28,470 nucleotides of DNA from Candidatus Pacearchaeota archaeon (GTDB taxonomy: Archaea; Nanobdellota; Nanobdellia; Pacearchaeales; GW2011-AR1). The position numbers and the translations under genes were made by a program. The notes beneath the pieces are model-generated. The model was not told the DNA's origin and made no database searches. It saw only the letters and a program-made list of their open reading frames with translations. The DNA lies in NCBI GenBank assembly GCA_003693875.1, contig RFLO01000041.1, positions 1 through 28,470 on the forward strand, read 5' to 3'. Every line of letters begins with the position of its first letter. The first letter of the stretch is position 1. Positions 7,922 through 16,855 of the stretch are shown here, one piece after another.

Positions 7922-8405
7922 GCAAAGCCTCGTATTGATAAAGCCCGACGGAGTTGCAAGGGGGCTCATCGGAGAGATAATAAAACGATTTGAACAGCGC
8001 GGACTAAAAATAGTTGCCCTAAAAATGTTGCACCCAACAATTGAGCAGGCAAAAAGGCACTACACAGAAGACATTGCAAAAAGGCGCGGAGAAAAAGTAA
8101 GGCAACTTCTTCTGGAATTCATAACTGAAGGCCCAATAGTTGCTATGGTAATTGAAGGAGTAAACGCAATAGAAAATGTCAGGAAAATTGTCGGAGACAC
8201 CGAATCAAAATCTGCGCTTCCCGGAACAATCCGAGGAGATTTTTCCCATGTAAGCTTTGAATACGCGGACAAAAGACAAATTCCTGTAAGAAATGTTATT
8301 CATGCCTCAAGCAGCAAAGAAGAAGCTAAAAAAGAAATAGATGTTTGGTTTTCAATTGATGAAATTTATGAATATAAAAGAGCTGACGAACAGCATGTCT
8401 TTTAA
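7914..8405 (+). CDS. ndk: Nucleoside diphosphate kinase
   Basis: LVLIKPDGVARGLIGEII...PGTIRGDF...NVIHAS (catalytic His). Likely start is Met13 of the track ORF (7914). Confidence 0.97.
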   Translation: MIEQSLVLIKPDGVARGLIGEIIKRFEQRGLKIVALKMLHPTIEQAKRHYTEDIAKRRGEKVRQLLLEFITEGPIVAMVIEGVNAIENVRKIVGDTESKSALPGTIRGDFSHVSFEYADKRQIPVRNVIHASSSKEEAKKEIDVWFSIDEIYEYKRADEQHVF

Positions 8406-8506
8406 CGTCGCTTTCCCTGGACCCATCTCTCTTGTTTTCTTTTACGTCGCGCATACCGCCAACTACGCGCTCTTCTAAATCTCTTTGGTTTGTTTTTAGC
8501 CGACAT
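8402..8506 (-). CDS. 34-aa highly basic protein (MSAKNKPKRFRRARSWRYARRKRKQERWVQGKRR); candidate small ribosomal/RNA-binding protein
   Basis: 17 of 34 residues are K/R. TTTAAAA at 8535-8529 and GAGG lie just upstream. The stop overlaps the ndk stop tail-to-tail (TTAA). Not in ORF track. Confidence 0.65.
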   Translation of the reverse strand: MSAKNKPKRFRRARSWRYARRKRKQERWVQGKRR

Positions 8507-8530
8507 AAAAAATCCTCAAAAAGACAGATT

Positions 8531-8845
8531 TTAAATCTTTCGAAAGCTAACCTTCCCAACACCGCTTCCATCAAAACCAAAATTCCAGGGAGCGTGCCCA
8601 AACTGAACCAAAACATCGCAACTGCTTTTTGGAATGTCACACGCACCAAAGCAATCACCAAGCCAAATCCTTGGCAAAATTCCTGTCTTCTCCTCAACAA
8701 ACTCCACAAAAGGAACCGCCCACACCTTCAATCCGTCCGGAAATTGAAACAAAACCTGCTTCCCCTTGAATTTTTTAAGCTTCAAAATAATCTCTTCAAG
8801 GTCAACTTCAAATCTTTTCTCCATATCAAAAACCGAGTAAGCCAT
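8531..8845 (-). CDS. Short Dph2-like (diphthamide synthesis) N-terminal domain protein, about 100 aa
   Basis: VLFQFPDGLK...GDCFGACD...DVLVQFGHA matches the Dph1/Dph2 N-terminal domain. Alternative start at 8824. Confidence 0.8.
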   Translation of the reverse strand: MAYSVFDMEKRFEVDLEEIILKLKKFKGKQVLFQFPDGLKVWAVPFVEFVEEKTGILPRIWLGDCFGACDIPKSSCDVLVQFGHAPWNFGFDGSGVGKVSFRKI

Positions 8846-8857
8846 AAAACAAAATCC

Positions 8858-9049
8858 CTAAGATGATTTTTTACACCTGCATTTACCAAGAGCCGGACAA
8901 AAGACAATGGCAACATTCAAAAGTACAAAAAGAATTGCCGAGCTAATAAAAAGATTTCCTTCAACCCTCAAAAGATACTGGATATAGTAAAGCGAAACAA
9001 AAAAAGCCACTTCTGACACAATCCATGAAAAAACCTGCCTTCCCTCCAT
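8858..9049 (-). CDS. Small membrane protein, 2 predicted TM helices, Cys-rich basic C-terminus
   Basis: 63-aa ORF with two hydrophobic segments. TTTTTAAA at 9078-9071 ends 22 nt before the ATG. Confidence 0.65.
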   Translation of the reverse strand: MEGRQVFSWIVSEVAFFVSLYYIQYLLRVEGNLFISSAILFVLLNVAIVFCPALGKCRCKKSS

Positions 9050-9070
9050 ACCTTAAAATAGGAGAATTAA

Positions 9071-9102
9071 TTTAAAAAACTTCCTACCCCAAAGCTTTTA
9101 AC
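9071..9102. promoter_or_regulatory. Divergent TATA pair (membrane protein / infB)
   Basis: Minus-strand TTTTTAAA (9078-9071) and plus-strand TTTTAAC (9096-9102), each ending 22 nt before its ATG. Confidence 0.55.
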
Positions 9103-9123
9103 TAAAACAAAATAAAAAAATCT

Positions 9124-10848
9124 ATGAAACTCAGACAGCCAATCGTAACAGTAGCAGGCCATGTTGACCATGGCAAAACTTCAATTCTTGACAAAATTAG
9201 GGAACTCTCAATTCAGGACAAGGAAGCCGGAGGGATTACGCAAAAAATTTCCTTCACAGTCCTCCCAAGAGAAATAATACAAAAAAAGGCTGGAGATTCA
9301 CTCAAAAAATTCAACATTCCAATGAATATTCCTGGCATCCTTTTCATTGATACCCCAGGCCACGCAGCATTCACAAACTTAAGAAAGAGGGGGGGCTCTC
9401 TTGCCGATATAGCAATCCTTGTAATTGACATAAACGAGGGAATAAAGCCGCAGACATCTGAAGTCCTGCAAATCTTTCGTTCAAACAAGACACCATTCAT
9501 AATAGCCTTAAACAAAATTGACAATATCCGCGGATGGAAAAAAAGTCCCTCGGGCCTTTCAATAGAATCGGTCCAAAATCAAGCAATAGCCATCCAACAG
9601 GAATTCAACGAAAAATACCTAACAATCGTCGGAGCTCTCCAATCATTTGGTTTTGATTCGGAACTCTACTTCAAAATAAAAGACTTTACAAAAAAAGTGG
9701 CTATGGTTCCTTGTTCGGCAAAAACAGGCGAGGGAATCTCTGAAATTCTCGCGGTCCTCTACGCGCTATCCCAAAAATATCTCACGGAAAAAATAAAGGT
9801 CCACTCAAATGCAAAAGGAGTAATCCTTGAAATCAAAAAAGAAAAGTCTGGAAGCTTCCTTGAATGCATACTCTACGACGGAATTCTAAGCATCAAAGAC
9901 GAGATAGCAATAGCAACACTAAAAGAGCCGATAATAACGCGAATAAGAAGTTTAAGGGAAGCCCTCCCAAGAAATTCTGGATTCGAAGCAAAGGAGAAAG
10001 TAGAAGCCGCTGCAGGCTTGCAAATTCAAATAACCTCAAAAGAAGAAGTCTTGCCAGGGATGCCCTTCCAAAAAATTGACAAAAATTTAGACGAAATAAG
10101 AGAAGAATTCAAAAAACAAATCTCAGAAGAAATAAAAACAGATGAAAGCGGAATTGTCGCAAAAGCAGAATCCCTTGGAAGTCTTGAAGCATTTCTTATT
10201 CTGCTCAGGCAAAACGGAATAAGAGTGATAAGGGCAGGAATTGGCCCAATAACCAAAAAAGACATCTATACTGCTGCAACACTCCCAGAAGAAGACCGCT
10301 TAATTGCCGCATTTAATGTAGAAATTTCTGAAGAAGCAAAAGAAGATTCTTCAAAAATAAAGATAATAAAAAATCAGGTAATCTACAAATTAATTGAAGA
10401 CATTCTGGAATGGAGGAAAAATAAGGCAAGAGAGATAGAAAAAAGAAAATTAGAAAGCCTCCCAAGCATCGCAAAAATAAGAATTCTTGACTTTGTTTTT
10501 AGAAATTCAAATCCTGCAGTATTCGGCATAAAAGTAGAGGCTGGCAAACTCAAACGAGAGGAAAAACTAATTAATTCAGAAGGCGAAAGAATAGGACACA
10601 TCAAAGAAATCCAAGAAGAAAAAACCGGGATAAAAGAAGCCGAGGCTGGAAAAGAAGTTGCAGTTTCCATGCCCGGGGTAAATTTTGAAAGAAGATTGAA
10701 AGTTGGAGAATTCCTCTACACAGACATCTCAGAATCCCAGTTTAGGAAATTTAAGGAATACAAGGATCTTTTAACATCCGAAGAAAAATCCATTCTCCAA
10801 GAAATAGCGAAAATAAAACGAAGAGAAAATCCAAGCTGGGGAATATGA
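9124..10848 (+). CDS. infB: Translation initiation factor aIF5B (IF2)
   Basis: RQPIVTVAGHVDHGKT (G1), DTPGHAAF (G3), NKID (G4), archaeal-type C-terminus. Confidence 0.98.
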   Translation: MKLRQPIVTVAGHVDHGKTSILDKIRELSIQDKEAGGITQKISFTVLPREIIQKKAGDSLKKFNIPMNIPGILFIDTPGHAAFTNLRKRGGSLADIAILVIDINEGIKPQTSEVLQIFRSNKTPFIIALNKIDNIRGWKKSPSGLSIESVQNQAIAIQQEFNEKYLTIVGALQSFGFDSELYFKIKDFTKKVAMVPCSAKTGEGISEILAVLYALSQKYLTEKIKVHSNAKGVILEIKKEKSGSFLECILYDGILSIKDEIAIATLKEPIITRIRSLREALPRNSGFEAKEKVEAAAGLQIQITSKEEVLPGMPFQKIDKNLDEIREEFKKQISEEIKTDESGIVAKAESLGSLEAFLILLRQNGIRVIRAGIGPITKKDIYTAATLPEEDRLIAAFNVEISEEAKEDSSKIKIIKNQVIYKLIEDILEWRKNKAREIEKRKLESLPSIAKIRILDFVFRNSNPAVFGIKVEAGKLKREEKLINSEGERIGHIKEIQEEKTGIKEAEAGKEVAVSMPGVNFERRLKVGEFLYTDISESQFRKFKEYKDLLTSEEKSILQEIAKIKRRENPSWGI

Positions 10849-11405
10849 GACTGCTTACAATTGACACGGAAACTACCGGACTTCAGCCAGCCATTCACCA
10901 GATACTAACTGTCGGACTTCTTGTAATAGAAGTTGAAAAAGACCACCTTAAAATGCTCGAATCTTTGCATATTCCTGTAAAACACAAGTGTTACAGAGCC
11001 GATAAAAAAGCTCTAATGGTCAATAGGATTTGTCTTGAAAGGCATCACAAAATCTCAATTGAGCCAAAAATGGCATGTGAAAAAATCTCCCGGTTCATTG
11101 AAGAAAATAATTTAGGCTCAACCCCTCTTCTCGGACACAACATAGCATTTGACCTATCATTTCTAACAGAACTATTCAGAAAAGAAAAAAAGAGATATCC
11201 TTTTGCCAAAAAATTTTATGATACAATGTTTATCTGGAATGCCCTAAAAAGACAAGGCAGGGTTCCAAGCCACCTAAACAGCACACTCCAAACAATAGCC
11301 GAATATTTCAAAATAGACTACTCAAACGCCCACGATGCCCTCTCTGACTGCGAAATAACCTCAACAGCATACCACAAGATGATTCAGTTGCAGGAAACTT
11401 TTTGA
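10845..11405 (+). CDS. DEDDh 3'-5' exonuclease (DnaQ/RNase T-like)
   Basis: IDTETTG (ExoI), GHNIAFD (ExoII), AHDALSD (ExoIII). ATGA overlap with infB. Confidence 0.92.
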   Translation: MRLLTIDTETTGLQPAIHQILTVGLLVIEVEKDHLKMLESLHIPVKHKCYRADKKALMVNRICLERHHKISIEPKMACEKISRFIEENNLGSTPLLGHNIAFDLSFLTELFRKEKKRYPFAKKFYDTMFIWNALKRQGRVPSHLNSTLQTIAEYFKIDYSNAHDALSDCEITSTAYHKMIQLQETF

Positions 11406-11878
11406 ACAGTGTATGTGCTACAAACAATTTTTTTGCCATCCCTTTCAATCTCTGGTTGAATATCTATAAGTTTCAAATCGCTATACCTACCTGGAAAAAG
11501 ATAACTAAACTTTCTTTCTTCTCCTGGAAAAAGTTTTTTAGATGGGGGCTGTCCTCCGGGCGGTAAGGGAGGTTCTACAGGTTCCTCTACACCAAACTTT
11601 GAGTTGGAGCTGTCACTTACCCTAATAACAAAACCGCTCGTATTAAATCTCCCCTTATTTTTCAAGGTAACTGAAAAACTATGAAAACTCTTGGAACACG
11701 TATAATTTGTGATAACAAGGCTTACTCCGTCTGGACACTCCAAGGGCTCCTTAACCTCAACATAAGCCTTAAGCCACTGGTAAACAATTGCTGAAAGAGA
11801 AAGAGTTATAGTTATAAGCAAAACATATGAAACCATAATACTTACTGCATACCTATTGGACTGAAACAAAACTCTCAT
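11384..11878 (-). CDS. Archaeal type IV pilin-like protein
   Basis: NRYA|VSIMVSYVLLITITLSLSAIVYQWL class III signal, followed by a Cys-containing beta domain with N-glycosylation sequons. Confidence 0.8.
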   Translation of the reverse strand: MRVLFQSNRYAVSIMVSYVLLITITLSLSAIVYQWLKAYVEVKEPLECPDGVSLVITNYTCSKSFHSFSVTLKNKGRFNTSGFVIRVSDSSNSKFGVEEPVEPPLPPGGQPPSKKLFPGEERKFSYLFPGRYSDLKLIDIQPEIERDGKKIVCSTYTVQKVSCN

Positions 11879-12446
11879 CTTTTGAATCCTTTTGAATTAT
11901 AAAAATCACTTGCCTGCTTGGTAAAATTTCAAAGGTAAAATTTTGACCGCGAACTGTAACTGTAATATTTTTAACATCCTTTCCGATATAACTGGCGTTC
12001 CAAAAATCCCCGCGCTTACCATAATCAAAGGAAACCCTTTTTGAAAGATACCCTGCCCCATTTCTAATCCTAATCGTTCCCTTTATTTTAGCCCTTCCTC
12101 CCTTTAACCATCTCCCCCCAGCATATACTCCTTCCCGACCATAATTCCTCAGATACAAAGCACTTTGATTTCCATAAACAACCATAAAGTTAGCCGACGG
12201 GTCCTTTTCCCTAATCATCTGCGAAACATTGCCAATAAAGGGTTCAAGAGCCACATTGGCTCCCAAATTTCTATATATCTCATAATCAATAACCTTGCCT
12301 GCCTCTTCTTTTACAGTAGACCCAAGATCATAAACTTCCATGGGCTCAGGATTTGCCTTTGCACTATTAATGACGCTTCCAAGACTAATTATAATTGCCG
12401 AAATTACGACGCTCGCAAAAAGAAAAAACTGTCCCCTCTTATCCAT
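11853..12446 (-). CDS. Class III signal-peptide (KRG|Q) pilin-like protein
   Basis: MDKRGQFFLFASVVISAIIISL. TTTAAAA at 12474-12468 supports the start at 12446. Five N-x-S/T sequons. Confidence 0.78.
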   Translation of the reverse strand: MDKRGQFFLFASVVISAIIISLGSVINSAKANPEPMEVYDLGSTVKEEAGKVIDYEIYRNLGANVALEPFIGNVSQMIREKDPSANFMVVYGNQSALYLRNYGREGVYAGGRWLKGGRAKIKGTIRIRNGAGYLSKRVSFDYGKRGDFWNASYIGKDVKNITVTVRGQNFTFEILPSRQVIFIIQKDSKDESFVSVQ

Positions 12447-12467
12447 AAACGTATTAGGCATTGCCTA

Positions 12468-12510
12468 TTTTAAAGCTTTTAGGTATCGCAAAATTAGTTA
12501 ACATTATAAA
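12468..12510. promoter_or_regulatory. Divergent TATA pair (pilin-like genes / glycosyltransferases)
   Basis: Minus-strand TTTAAAA (12474-12468) and plus-strand TTATAAA (12504-12510), each ending 22 nt before ATG 12446 and 12532 respectively. Confidence 0.55.
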
Positions 12511-12531
12511 CTCATGCACATTGTCAAAAAA

Positions 12532-13602
12532 ATGGATTTAAGCATTGTAATCCCAACTTACAACGAAAAAGACAACATAAAAAATATTGTTCAAAAAGTA
12601 TTATCAGAATTCAAAAAAAACAAAATAAAAGGCGAGTTGATAATAGTAGATGATAATTCTCCAGATGGAACGGGCAAAATTCTGGATAACCTGAAAAAAT
12701 CTGAAAAAAGATTAATTGTAATCAAAAGAAAAGCAAAGCTTGGACTCTCCTCTGCGGTCCTTGATGGGTGGAAGGTTGCTCGTGGAAATGTCCTTGGAGT
12801 TATGGATGCCGACCTGAGCCATCCGCCTGAAAAGATAATAGAACTCTACAACCCCCTAAAAAAAGGAGATGCAAATATTGCAATAGGAAGCCGATACATT
12901 CCGGGAGGAAAAATAATCGGTTGGGGAATAAAAAGAAAAATGATGTCAAGAGTTGCAACCCTTCTCTCAAGAGTTTTCACTGAAGTCCGCGACCCTATGA
13001 GTGGGTTTTTTCTTGTAAAAAAAGAATGTATTAAAAATGCAGGTCTAAATCCTCGCGGCTTCAAAATACTCTTAGAAGTCTTAATAAAATGCAAATCCCT
13101 TAAAATAAAGGAGGTTCCAATCACCTTTACTAACCGCATAAGGGGAAAAAGCAAGGCAGGGATAGGAGAAGTCCTGTCACTTCTTAAAAATCTTGCAGGT
13201 TATTTAAAATACAAAAAAACAGTCATAAACGAATTTGTCAAATTCGGAATTGTGGGCACAACAGGGGCAATAATAAACCTCTCCATCTTGTACTTGTTAA
13301 CTGAAAAATTGGGATTATACTACATCCTCTCTGCAATAATCTCATTTCTCGTGGCAATGTCTTCCAATTTTTTCTTAAACAAGATATGGACTTTCAAAGA
13401 AAAAATCAAAATACAAATCAAAAAGAAATATCTAAAATTTGGAGTTGTGAGCACATTTTCTCTTTTGGTGAATTTAACTTTTCTATACATATTTACTGAA
13501 GTTTTCGGAATCTATTACCTAATCTCGCAGGCAATAGCAATAGCAATAGCGTGGTTGCTCAATTTCATTGGAAATAAAATCTGGACATTTCAAAATAACT
13601 AA
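12532..13602 (+). CDS. GT2 polyprenol-phosphate glycosyltransferase (DPM1/GtrB-like) fused to a GtrA-like membrane domain
   Basis: SIVIPTYNE, IIVDDNSPDGT, VMDADLSHPP, DPMSGFF, followed by FVKFGIVG...NFFLNKIWTF GtrA-type helices. Confidence 0.93.
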   Translation: MDLSIVIPTYNEKDNIKNIVQKVLSEFKKNKIKGELIIVDDNSPDGTGKILDNLKKSEKRLIVIKRKAKLGLSSAVLDGWKVARGNVLGVMDADLSHPPEKIIELYNPLKKGDANIAIGSRYIPGGKIIGWGIKRKMMSRVATLLSRVFTEVRDPMSGFFLVKKECIKNAGLNPRGFKILLEVLIKCKSLKIKEVPITFTNRIRGKSKAGIGEVLSLLKNLAGYLKYKKTVINEFVKFGIVGTTGAIINLSILYLLTEKLGLYYILSAIISFLVAMSSNFFLNKIWTFKEKIKIQIKKKYLKFGVVSTFSLLVNLTFLYIFTEVFGIYYLISQAIAIAIAWLLNFIGNKIWTFQNN

Positions 13603-13610
13603 AAATTAAG

Positions 13611-15044
13611 ATGAAAAAAGAATCAAAAATATTAATCATTCTCTTCTTAATGTCTTTTGTAATAAGATTTGTTTTTATTCTCTCAACACCACTGAAAATC
13701 TGGGATGAAACAGTCTACTCAAATCTTGGTTACGACTTATCAAAAGACCCCTTTGATTACTCGGTTTCAAAAAACGGTTGGAGTGACTTTATCCCTTCAA
13801 GTGACAAATTATATGCCTGGCCAAGAATGGGCTTTAGGGCGCCGGCCCTTCCTTACGCAATCGCACTCCTCTATACATTTGGAATAGGAAACTTCTCGGA
13901 TATTTTCATATCACTAATTGGAGCTGCGTCTGTCTGCTTAGTTTATGTTCTTGGAAAAGAAATGTTTGGAAAAGAAGCCGCAATCTACTCCGCCCTGTTC
14001 TTTTCCTTAATCCCCCTACATGTATTGAATAGTTCAAAAATTATGACGGAAGCCCCCTTTACATTTTTCGTCATTCTAACATTTATTAGCTTTTGGAAGG
14101 GATACGAAAAAAACGACAACAAAAACAAAATTCTTTTTGGATTTTTCCTCTCTTTATCCCTTTTGTCAAGATACACTGCCCTCTGGATTATGCCAGTATT
14201 TCCTCTATACTTCCTAATAAGAGATTCCTCACTTAAATTTCTAAGGGACAAATACTTATGGTATTCCGTTGCAATATTCTTCATAACCCTAAGTCCGTGG
14301 CTTCTCTATGGGGTCTTTGAGTATCAAAACCCTATTGGCCCCTTTATTCATGGGGCAAAGGCGGCATCTTACTGGGGGGGCTCACAACCACCTTACTTTT
14401 TCTTAATTTATTGGGTACCTATGTTTTCCTTGACTGGATTAATCTTTCTTACATCCCTAATCTACATCCCATTAAAAAGATTATACAAAAAAGAAATACT
14501 GCTTCTAATAATCTGGACAATACTCTTTATTGGGATTGCAAGTCTGATTCCCCACAAGGAAGGGCGATTCATAATTGCAGCCGCCCCGCCAATATCCCTA
14601 ATCTCTGGATATGTAACAACGCAAGCTGGCAAATACAAGAAACCAATTATAGCCCTAACAATAATTGCAAGTATTGTAATCCTTTCATTAAATTTTTACA
14701 CAACCTACAAAAACTCTTACACCCCGACAAACATTTGCTTTCTTAAGGGAAACGAGTTCCTAAAAAACCAAGAAAGGGAAATAATCTTAACCGACGAGTC
14801 AAGCATAGTTTACCATTATACAAAAAAAATAACACGCTTCTATCCACGACCATTAAATATCAGCTCGTTAAAAAAAATAAAGGACCAAAACCCTGGAAAA
14901 AAAGTTCTTGTATTCTTCACAGATTTTGACATGCCCCTAAACAGAAAAGAAAATTTAGAATTCAAGAAAAGTCTTGACAAAAACCTGTTAAAGATTTGGG
15001 GATGTGGCAAACCAGAAGAAAGGGCTGCAATTTATGAACTCTGA
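13611..15044 (+). CDS. GT-C fold membrane glycosyltransferase (ArnT/PMT-like)
   Basis: WDETVY in the first loop, many TM helices, IMTEAP, HKEGRF, and a soluble C-terminal domain. Confidence 0.85.
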   Translation: MKKESKILIILFLMSFVIRFVFILSTPLKIWDETVYSNLGYDLSKDPFDYSVSKNGWSDFIPSSDKLYAWPRMGFRAPALPYAIALLYTFGIGNFSDIFISLIGAASVCLVYVLGKEMFGKEAAIYSALFFSLIPLHVLNSSKIMTEAPFTFFVILTFISFWKGYEKNDNKNKILFGFFLSLSLLSRYTALWIMPVFPLYFLIRDSSLKFLRDKYLWYSVAIFFITLSPWLLYGVFEYQNPIGPFIHGAKAASYWGGSQPPYFFLIYWVPMFSLTGLIFLTSLIYIPLKRLYKKEILLLIIWTILFIGIASLIPHKEGRFIIAAAPPISLISGYVTTQAGKYKKPIIALTIIASIVILSLNFYTTYKNSYTPTNICFLKGNEFLKNQEREIILTDESSIVYHYTKKITRFYPRPLNISSLKKIKDQNPGKKVLVFFTDFDMPLNRKENLEFKKSLDKNLLKIWGCGKPEERAAIYEL

Positions 15045-15152
15045 CAACACTCAGTTGGAGCATTTTACCTAAGCCCTGTCACAATTAGCTGATAAACCTT
15101 TCCAAAAATCCTTAAACAACAAATTTAAAAACAAGGAAGCAATAAATAGAAG

Positions 15153-15581
15153 ATGAGAAAAGCCCTCTCACCCGTGCTTGCAACAGTCTTCTTGGTTCTC
15201 TTTGTGATGATCTTAGGAGTAATTATCTATCTTTGGGCTCAGGGCTTTCTTGAAGAACATCTGGAAAAATTCGGCAGACCAATAGACAGCCTGTGTTCAG
15301 AAATAAAATTTGATGCAAAAAAAGTCGCAGGTCAAAAAAATCAAATAGAAATTACTAACCGCGGCAACATAGACATCTTTAAGTTCTCAATAAAAATAGA
15401 AAAAGACGGAGACACGAAATTTGAAGATTTTGAATATTCTGCTCCGGCAAGGGGCTCAGCAAGGGGAGATTTCGGAATAATCGGCAAGAAAGCAACAATC
15501 TATCCAGTAATAATCGGAAAATCGGGCTCAAAAAACAAGATTTACACATGCATAAACAACGGAAAAACTATCAACCTGTAA
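15153..15581 (+). CDS. Archaeal type IV pilin
   Basis: MRKA|LSPVLATVFLVLFVMILGVIIYLW canonical archaeal pilin N-terminus. TTTAAAAA at 15124-15131. Confidence 0.88.
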   Translation: MRKALSPVLATVFLVLFVMILGVIIYLWAQGFLEEHLEKFGRPIDSLCSEIKFDAKKVAGQKNQIEITNRGNIDIFKFSIKIEKDGDTKFEDFEYSAPARGSARGDFGIIGKKATIYPVIIGKSGSKNKIYTCINNGKTINL

Positions 15582-15641
15582 AGCAGAACAAAAACTAACA
15601 AAGCATATCGCCAGTTTCAACTCCCTAAATAATTATTATTC

Positions 15642-15659
15642 CTGCTGCAAAAGTAGCAG
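15642..15659 (+). terminator. Small stem-loop between pilin genes (possible terminator or processing hairpin)
   Basis: CTGCTGC-AAAA-GTAGCAG, 7 bp with one G-U pair. No clear poly-U tail. Confidence 0.25.
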
Positions 15660-15736
15660 CCATTTGTTGATAAAAGGCAGAACGCAACGGGCATAAATAG
15701 AGAAAAGTTTAAAAATGATACATGTTTAAAGCTAAT

Positions 15737-16228
15737 ATGAACAAAAGAGGTATATCGGCAATTGTTGCAACAGTCCTCATAATTCTTATAACTGTTGCGG
15801 CAGTAGCAATTGTCTGGTCTGTTATAATCCCCCTTATAAACAATTCAATAAAGGGCAGTTCTGTTTGCTTCGATGCATCAACCTCTCTTACAATAATCGG
15901 AGGATCTAAAACTTGCAAAACAAAGGATAATGTGTCCATAACAATTTCCCGCTCATCAAGAGACTTCAAGTTAGAAGATATACAGATCCAGCTAATAAAG
16001 TCAGATGGGGACTCCATATCAGTTAATGCAAAAAATCTATCAATAAAAAAAGGTCTCCCTGGAATAAATGAACAAAGAGTATTCATAATTAACAAAACAG
16101 ACGTAGGAAAAACCACCGACCTTAACAGTATTCAATCCGTAAAATTTGCACCCATAGTCATTACAAGCGATGGAGAAAAAAAGACATGTGATGCTTCTGC
16201 TGGGAAGGCAGTTCCCTCCTGTCAGTAA
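15737..16228 (+). CDS. Archaeal type IV pilin
   Basis: MNKRG|ISAIVATVLIILITVAAVAIVW. TTTAAAAA at 15708-15715 supports the start at 15737 (track start 15722). Confidence 0.9.
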   Translation: MNKRGISAIVATVLIILITVAAVAIVWSVIIPLINNSIKGSSVCFDASTSLTIIGGSKTCKTKDNVSITISRSSRDFKLEDIQIQLIKSDGDSISVNAKNLSIKKGLPGINEQRVFIINKTDVGKTTDLNSIQSVKFAPIVITSDGEKKTCDASAGKAVPSCQ

Positions 16229-16258
16229 TCTTTTATACCCCTTATTCTTTTAAGATTA

Positions 16259-16843
16259 ATGAAAAAAGGGATTTCGCCGCTGGTTGCCACTTCTTTCCTG
16301 ATAGTAATTGTAATGATAATTGCAACGATTATCTGGTTCTTTCTTTCTGCAAAATTTGGCCTTGAAGCCCGTCTTGCTTATGAATGCAAAAAGGCGTCAA
16401 ACCAGTTAAAACTCGTTGACACCTGCAAATACTCTAAGGTAGGCACCAGAGCAGAAAACATCTCGGTCATAATAGAAAGAAAACCAACAGAAGAGGCGGC
16501 TTCCATAAAAGACATTCAGCTGATAGCAAGAACCAAACTAAACGAAAAGTTTTCGGCAAGAATTGCACCCCTCTACGGAAAACAATCAATCCCCAAAGTT
16601 GGAAAAAGAAAAAGATACGACATAAATGTCTCGGGATTAATCCTTTACTTGACTCACTTAGGAATCGCTCCAATAATCGAAATTGAAGGAAAAGAAAGAA
16701 TATGCAACATCCAAGATGAACAAAGGATATGCTGGTGTGAAAATTTCATAAAAGAAGTAGAAAACGTAAACAAATCAATTGCTGCATACCTTAGAAGATG
16801 CCAAAAGCCAAAAGGCGATCCGCTAAAGGGTAAGTGGAGCTAA
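16259..16843 (+). CDS. Archaeal type IV pilin
   Basis: MKKG|ISPLVATSFLIVIVMIIATIIW. TTTTATA at 16231-16237. The stop lies inside a tandem duplication. Confidence 0.88.
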   Translation: MKKGISPLVATSFLIVIVMIIATIIWFFLSAKFGLEARLAYECKKASNQLKLVDTCKYSKVGTRAENISVIIERKPTEEAASIKDIQLIARTKLNEKFSARIAPLYGKQSIPKVGKRKRYDINVSGLILYLTHLGIAPIIEIEGKERICNIQDEQRICWCENFIKEVENVNKSIAAYLRRCQKPKGDPLKGKWS

Positions 16844-16855
16844 AGGGTAAGTGGA
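16822..16855 (+). repeat. Perfect 17-bp tandem duplication GCTAAAGGGTAAGTGGA x2
   Basis: Copies at 16822-16838 and 16839-16855 are identical. Confidence 0.95.

Noticed and set aside
8326-8866. Track ORFs 8326..8709 (-) and 8432..8866 (+)
   Set aside because: They overlap ndk, the 34-aa basic ORF and the Dph2-like gene, and show no recognisable motifs.
14374-14380. G7 tract in the GT-C gene (also C7 at 3243-3249 and G7 at 27948-27954) as phase-variation switches
   Set aside because: The runs are short, in frame and explained by Trp-Gly-Gly, Gly-Gly-Glu or Pro-Pro codons. There is no frameshift evidence.
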